Assembly: GCA_040392005.1 (NCBI GenBank) | Contig: JBEBWT010000003.1 | Coordinates: forward strand, 33,481-97,480 | DNA from: Parapedobacter defluvii | GTDB taxonomy: Bacteria; Bacteroidota; Bacteroidia; Sphingobacteriales; Sphingobacteriaceae | Direction: 5' to 3' | DNA: 64,000 nt | The notes under the pieces: generated by a model | Databases searched by the model: none | Told to the model about the DNA's origin: nothing | The model's input: the letters and a program-made list of their open reading frames with translations, nothing else | Shown here: in pieces, positions 59,228-64,000 of the stretch | How the letters are laid out: every line of letters begins with the position of its first letter | Numbering within the stretch: position 1 is the stretch's first letter | Program-made: the position numbers and the translations under genes

Positions 59228-61309
59228 TTGAGCAATACAGACCCCAAACGCTATACTGTTACTTCCGCTTTGCCTTATGCAAACGGGCCACTGCACATTG
59301 GCCATCTGGCCGGTGCCTATATTCCGGGTGATACCTTTGTCCGCTTTTTGCGGCTCAATGGAAAGGACGTAGTCTATGTCTGCGGATCGGACGAACACGG
59401 TGCGGCCATCACCATCAAGGCCAAACAACTGGGTATCACTCCCCAGGCGATCATCGATCGTTTCCATGCCCAGATCCGGGACAGTTTTGAGGAGTTTGGT
59501 ATTGCTTTCGATATTTATCACCGTACTTCCGAGCAGATCCATCACAAGCTTTCGCAGGAATTTTTCCTGAATCTGTATGAGAAGGGCGAATTTATCGAGA
59601 AATATTCCGAGCAGTATTACGATGAGGAATTTCATCAGTTTCTGGCGGATCGCTATATTACCGGTACCTGCCCCCATTGCAAGAATGAAGGGGCTTACGG
59701 CGATCAGTGTGAGAAATGCGGAACTTCGCTGAATCCCACCGATCTGATCAATCCCGTCTCCACGCTGAGCGGCAAGACACCGGTGCTGAAAGAAACCAAA
59801 CACTGGTACCTGCCACTGGACAGATACCAGCCCTGGCTGGAAGAATGGCTGATCCGTGGAAAGAAGGATATTCTGAAATCCAATGTATATGGGCAATGCC
59901 TTTCCTGGCTGAAAGCCGGTCTGCAACCCCGGTCTATGACCAGGGATCTGGATTGGGGCGTGGATGTGCCACTGGAGGAGGCTGCCGGCAAGAAATTGTA
60001 TGTATGGCTGGATGCCCCCATCGGTTATATTTCCGCTACTAAGCAATGGGCGGAGGATACCGGCAACGACTGGGAAAAGTACTGGAAGCAGCAGGAGGAT
60101 CCTTCGGAGGAGAGCTGTCTGATCCACTTTATCGGCAAGGACAATATTGTGTTCCACTGCATTATTTTTCCGGCTATTTTGCACGCCCACGGCGAATACG
60201 TATTGCCTGAAAATGTACCGGCCAATGAATTCCTGAACCTTGAAGGGGATAAGTTATCGACTTCCCGCAATCATGCGGTCTGGTTGCATGAGTATCTGGA
60301 GGAATTTCCGGGGAAACAGGATGAGCTGCGGTATGTGCTGACTTCCATTCTGCCGGAAACTTCGGACAGTGAGTTTACCTGGAAGGACTTTCAGGCCCGT
60401 GTGAATAATGAACTGGTAGCGATCCTGGGCAATTTTGTCAATCGGGTGCTGGTGCTTTCCGAAAAATATTTTGACGGCCGGGTCATGGAAGCGACCAGGC
60501 TTGGGCCGGAAGAGGAACAGGTTTTTGCCGAATTGGCTGCCTATCCGGAACAGATCGCTCATTCTATCCGGAATTATCGTTTCCGGGAGGCGTTGGCCCA
60601 ACTGATGAATGTCGCCCGGCTGGGCAATAAGTACCTGGCCGATGCCGAGCCCTGGAAACTGATCAAGACCGATGAGGAGCGGGTTAAAACCGTTTTGAAT
60701 GTGGGCTTGCAGATCACAGCGAATCTGGCGGTGCTGGCACAACCTTTCCTGCCCCACACAGCAGATAAATTGTTTGACATGTTGCAATTGCAGGATCGGA
60801 GTTGGGATCGGGCCGGGCAACCGGATCTGCTGCAGCCGGGCCATCAATTAGGGGCGGCTGCACTGCTGTTTGAAAAAATTACCGATGAGCAGGTGCAGTT
60901 TCAACTGGATAAGCTGAGCAATGCGAAGAAAATGAATGAGGCAGCAAAAGCGGCGGATAAAGCGACTGTTCTACCAGCCAAAGCGGATATTTCCTTCGAG
61001 GAGTTTGCGCAGATGGACATCCGGGTGGGTACCATTCTGGCGGCTGAAAAAGTGGCCAAAACCAAAAAACTACTGAAACTCAGTATCGATACCGGGATCG
61101 ACCAGCGTACGGTTGTATCGGGAATTGCGGAATTTTTTGAGCCGGAGACCATTGTGGGCAGGCAGGTAGCGATTCTGGTCAATCTCGCCCCCCGCAATAT
61201 CAAAGGGATCGAATCCCAGGGGATGATTCTGATGGCCGAGGATGGGGACGGCCGACTGGAATTTGTCGCACCGGGCGCATCGGTTATTGCAGGAAGCGTG
61301 GTTCGTTAG
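59228..61309 (+). CDS. metG: methionine--tRNA ligase with C-terminal tRNA-binding (EMAP/Trbp111-like) domain
   Basis: 693 aa with a TTG start. It has [13 protein letters not shown] (HIGH), zinc knuckles CPHC...CEKC, KLSTSRN (KMSKS) and the C-terminal [17 protein letters not shown]. Confidence 0.95.
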   Translation: MSNTDPKRYTVTSALPYANGPLHIGHLAGAYIPGDTFVRFLRLNGKDVVYVCGSDEHGAAITIKAKQLGITPQAIIDRFHAQIRDSFEEFGIAFDIYHRTSEQIHHKLSQEFFLNLYEKGEFIEKYSEQYYDEEFHQFLADRYITGTCPHCKNEGAYGDQCEKCGTSLNPTDLINPVSTLSGKTPVLKETKHWYLPLDRYQPWLEEWLIRGKKDILKSNVYGQCLSWLKAGLQPRSMTRDLDWGVDVPLEEAAGKKLYVWLDAPIGYISATKQWAEDTGNDWEKYWKQQEDPSEESCLIHFIGKDNIVFHCIIFPAILHAHGEYVLPENVPANEFLNLEGDKLSTSRNHAVWLHEYLEEFPGKQDELRYVLTSILPETSDSEFTWKDFQARVNNELVAILGNFVNRVLVLSEKYFDGRVMEATRLGPEEEQVFAELAAYPEQIAHSIRNYRFREALAQLMNVARLGNKYLADAEPWKLIKTDEERVKTVLNVGLQITANLAVLAQPFLPHTADKLFDMLQLQDRSWDRAGQPDLLQPGHQLGAAALLFEKITDEQVQFQLDKLSNAKKMNEAAKAADKATVLPAKADISFEEFAQMDIRVGTILAAEKVAKTKKLLKLSIDTGIDQRTVVSGIAEFFEPETIVGRQVAILVNLAPRNIKGIESQGMILMAEDGDGRLEFVAPGASVIAGSVVR

Positions 61310-62150
61310 CCAATCGATTCTTTGTTTCCCGGAGGCCGGCGACCAAGTCGATCGCTTCCCTGGCGGCCCGGACATCGTGTACCCGCAGCAACTGCACCCC
61401 TTTCAGCAGCAAAACCGTGTTGAGTGCGGTCGTCCCGTTCAGGGCATCGGCGGGTTTGATCCCTAATTTTTTATAGATCATGGATTTGCGGGAGACAGCG
61501 CCCAGGATAGGCAGGCCAAAGACATGCAACTCATCGATCCGGTCCAGCAGTTCATAATTCTGCTCCACGGTTTTGGCAAAACCGAAGCCCGGATCCAATA
61601 TGATATCCTTTACACCCATTTCCCTTAACGTAGCAACGGATTTTCCGAAAAACAAAGAAATTTCCTGCACTACATCCGGGTAATCGGTCAGTTGCTGCAT
61701 GGTTTCCGGTGTGCCGCGCATGTGCATCAGGATATACGGGATATTGAGTCCGGCAATGGTGCCGAACATATCGGGGTCCAGGGTGCCTCCACCGATATCA
61801 TTGATGATATGGGCTCCGTGATCCACCGCCTGCCGGGCCACTGCTGCACGGAAGGTATCAATGGAAAGTACCGCTTCCGGAAATTCTCGGTTCAGGGCAT
61901 TCAGCACAGGAAGCAGGCGTGCGAGTTCCTCTTCCTCACTCACCCGGGCTGCGCCGGGGCGGGAGGAATAAGCTCCGATATCCAGTATATCCGCTCCTTC
62001 CTCCAGCAGTGCTTCGGCACGCTTCATGGCATCGGACACCGAAAAGTAATTACCCCCGTCATAAAATGAATCGGGGGTAATATTCAGTATCCCCATGACC
62101 CTGGGGGAAGTCAGATCCAATAATTTTTTTCCGGTTCTGACCGAATGCAT
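61284..62150 (-). CDS. folP: dihydropteroate synthase
   Basis: 288 aa with [41 protein letters not shown] and LRVHDV. Confidence 0.93.
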   Translation of the reverse strand: MHSVRTGKKLLDLTSPRVMGILNITPDSFYDGGNYFSVSDAMKRAEALLEEGADILDIGAYSSRPGAARVSEEEELARLLPVLNALNREFPEAVLSIDTFRAAVARQAVDHGAHIINDIGGGTLDPDMFGTIAGLNIPYILMHMRGTPETMQQLTDYPDVVQEISLFFGKSVATLREMGVKDIILDPGFGFAKTVEQNYELLDRIDELHVFGLPILGAVSRKSMIYKKLGIKPADALNGTTALNTVLLLKGVQLLRVHDVRAAREAIDLVAGLRETKNRLANEPRFLQ

Positions 62151-62212
62151 CTGATTGTTTTTTGAGTAGTCCTGAAACGGGGATGTTTCTGAGCAGCCCC
62201 GACCGGGAGGGC

Positions 62213-62692
62213 TTATTTGACCACGATCACACCATCCGCAAGGATGTTGATATCGACTTTGGGTTCCTTGATTTTGGCGATTTCCTCAGCACTTTTGCCA
62301 GCATCCTCTGCGTAATGTTTCAACCAGGCTACTGAAGTTTCCTTGATCCGGGCCTCGCCTTCCAGTACGATGGTTTTGCCTACAATATCCTGAGGCATAA
62401 AGAATTCATAATCCCTGAAGCGTACCATGATCGGCTCCTCTTCACCTGCTCTTTTCAGGTAAATCCAACAACCTTTTTTCTTGCAGACCTCGACTACTTC
62501 ACCCTGGATCTTGCCGGTGTAAGTCGAATCCGCACCAAAACTGCTCGCAAGTTTGGCCACGCTGATCGCATTGTCCTTTGTGATTTCTTTACCGTATTTT
62601 ACTCCGGGTTTTGCAGAAGGGATATCTGTCTGTGCCTGAGCAGTTACCATGAATCCAAGGATCACTGCTGCCAATAAAAGAGTTCTTTTCAT
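62213..62692 (-). CDS. secreted DUF4920-like protein
   Basis: 159 aa with a signal peptide (LGFMVTAQAQ). GEVVEVCKKKGCWIYL...FFMPQD is typical of DUF4920 as I recall it. Confidence 0.6.
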   Translation of the reverse strand: MKRTLLLAAVILGFMVTAQAQTDIPSAKPGVKYGKEITKDNAISVAKLASSFGADSTYTGKIQGEVVEVCKKKGCWIYLKRAGEEEPIMVRFRDYEFFMPQDIVGKTIVLEGEARIKETSVAWLKHYAEDAGKSAEEIAKIKEPKVDINILADGVIVVK

Positions 62693-62806
62693 TCTCTGCT
62701 TTATTAAATTTTATAAATCTATTCTGATAGCTTATTTATAACGATTCAAAATTAGGTATAAAATCGGAATCCAGGAAATTTATTTTTTGCCCACATATTT
62801 CTGTTC

Positions 62807-63376
62807 CTATTTTCTGATAAATTCAAACTTTCCGCCCGGTTCCAGTTTCATGAGGATAGAGGCCTGTCCCCTGTCGCCCGATTCCTGCCCGTATTGTACT
62901 ACATAGTCCACCTGCCCGATCAGATCCGGATGGATTTCTCCAAAATTGCCCGGCGAGTCCTGACCACTCAGATTGGCCGAAGTGGAAACGATCGGCCGCC
63001 TGAATCGTTGCAGCAGGGGTGTACAGAATTCATGCTTGACCACCCGGATTGCAATGCTACCATCCGGGCCGATCAGTTCCTCCGGCAGGTTTTTCGCTCC
63101 CGGATAGATAATGGTCATGGGTCTTTCGCTGTACTCGATCAATTGATAGGCGATTTCCGGCACTTCACGCACATAACTTTGCAACTGGTTTTCATTTTCC
63201 AGCAAAATAATCATGCTCTTCCCTTTATCCCGACCTTTCAGTGTATAGATTTTTTCAATTGCCTCCTTATTCAGCGCATCGCAACCAAGACCCCAGATCG
63301 TATCGGTGGGGTAGAGGATCACGCCGCCTGAACGCAGGGTTTCCAGCGATTGTTTCAAGTCATGGGGATCGATCAT
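62807..63376 (-). CDS. tsaC: L-threonylcarbamoyladenylate synthase (TsaC/YrdC family)
   Basis: 189 aa with ILYPTDTIWGLGCDA, GRDKGKSMIILL and IVSTSANLSGQ. Confidence 0.88.
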   Translation of the reverse strand: MIDPHDLKQSLETLRSGGVILYPTDTIWGLGCDALNKEAIEKIYTLKGRDKGKSMIILLENENQLQSYVREVPEIAYQLIEYSERPMTIIYPGAKNLPEELIGPDGSIAIRVVKHEFCTPLLQRFRRPIVSTSANLSGQDSPGNFGEIHPDLIGQVDYVVQYGQESGDRGQASILMKLEPGGKFEFIRK

Positions 63377-64000
63377 ATGGCTACATTGTGGGTCCTCAAC
63401 GCATCATTCAGGGAGGTTTTTTTGTCCGTTGATTCCTTGCGCTGTCCGATGATCAGGGCACAGGGTACCTGAAATTCGCCAGCAGGAAACTGCTTTGCAT
63501 AGCTGCCGGGAATGACCACCGATCGTTCCGGGATCACCCCTTTATATTCCTTTGGCTCATTGCCCGTCACATCGATAATCCGGGTAGATGCGGTGAGGAC
63601 CACATTGGCCCCCAATACGGCCTCCTTTTCCACATGCACTCCCTCGACTACAATGGCCCGTGAACCCACAAACACATTGTCCCCGATGATGACCGGGGAA
63701 GCCTGCACCGGTTCCAGCACCCCACCAATGCCCACGCCTCCGCTCAGGTGCACATTCTTACCGATCTGCGCACAGGAGCCCACAGTCGCCCAGGTATCCA
63801 CCATCGTCCCCTCATCTACATAGGCACCGATATTGACATAGGAAGGCATCATAATCACCCCCTTGCCCAAAAAAGCACCGTACCGTGCGATACCATGCGG
63901 CACTACCCGGACTCCCAGTTCCTTGTAATTGGTTTTCAGCTTCATTTTATCGTGGAATACAAAAGGCCCCACCTGCTCCACATGCATCTGACGGATCGGA
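63373..64000 (-). CDS. dapD: 2,3,4,5-tetrahydropyridine-2,6-dicarboxylate N-succinyltransferase (5' end outside window)
   Basis: It has hexapeptide-repeat left-handed beta-helix sequence (IGAYVDEGTMVDTWATVGSCAQIGKNVHLSGGVGIGGVLEP). The reading frame is open to the window edge. Confidence 0.85.
   Translation of the reverse strand, partial: PIRQMHVEQVGPFVFHDKMKLKTNYKELGVRVVPHGIARYGAFLGKGVIMMPSYVNIGAYVDEGTMVDTWATVGSCAQIGKNVHLSGGVGIGGVLEPVQASPVIIGDNVFVGSRAIVVEGVHVEKEAVLGANVVLTASTRIIDVTGNEPKEYKGVIPERSVVIPGSYAKQFPAGEFQVPCALIIGQRKESTDKKTSLNDALRTHNVAI

Overview
The window looks like core chromosome of a Bacteroidota bacterium. The supporting signs are a SusC/SusD pair, gldH, bshC, TAnnTTTG-type promoter motifs, an atp operon without atpD/atpC, and almost no Shine-Dalgarno sequences. 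Gene content is nearly all housekeeping. From left to right: bshC, recO, a decayed dinD pseudogene in an AT-rich islet, and a feoA-feoB operon followed by a small Cys-rich ORF that is missing from the ORF track. Next come a Pif1/RecD-like helicase, the F0F1 ATP synthase operon (atpB-E-F-H-A-G), and an ECF sigma / membrane HEAT-repeat protein / DUF4097 / SMR (SugE) unit. These are followed by tRNA-Arg(CCU), an orphan SusC/SusD/DUF1735 locus, and a LUD-domain protein, then ftsH, rsfS, birA, and gldH-PSP1(RicT-like)-holB. Further right lie dnaA with a perfect DnaA box upstream, fhs, and an unknown lipoprotein. The large ribosomal-protein supercluster then runs from rplC to rplQ and includes secY, map, infA, rpmJ and rpoA. 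The right end carries an HMG-CoA lyase, sppA, folK, an orphan Hpt protein, pssA, rho, a BadF-family sugar kinase, a methyltransferase, ldcA, metG, folP, a DUF4920 protein, tsaC and a 5'-truncated dapD. I found no CRISPR array, transposase, integrase, reverse transcriptase or recognisable defence or toxin-antitoxin genes. I do not see convincing evidence for a discrete novel multi-gene system. The best second-look candidates are four: (i) the ECF sigma/HEAT/DUF4097/SugE unit, (ii) the PSP1 protein with a Cys-rich N-terminus and a 135-aa RG/N-rich tail overlapping gldH, (iii) the repeat-rich dnaA upstream region as candidate oriC, and (iv) Shine-Dalgarno-like motifs inside the spc operon of a phylum that normally lacks them. 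All product calls rest on my recognition of the translated ORFs, not on database searches.
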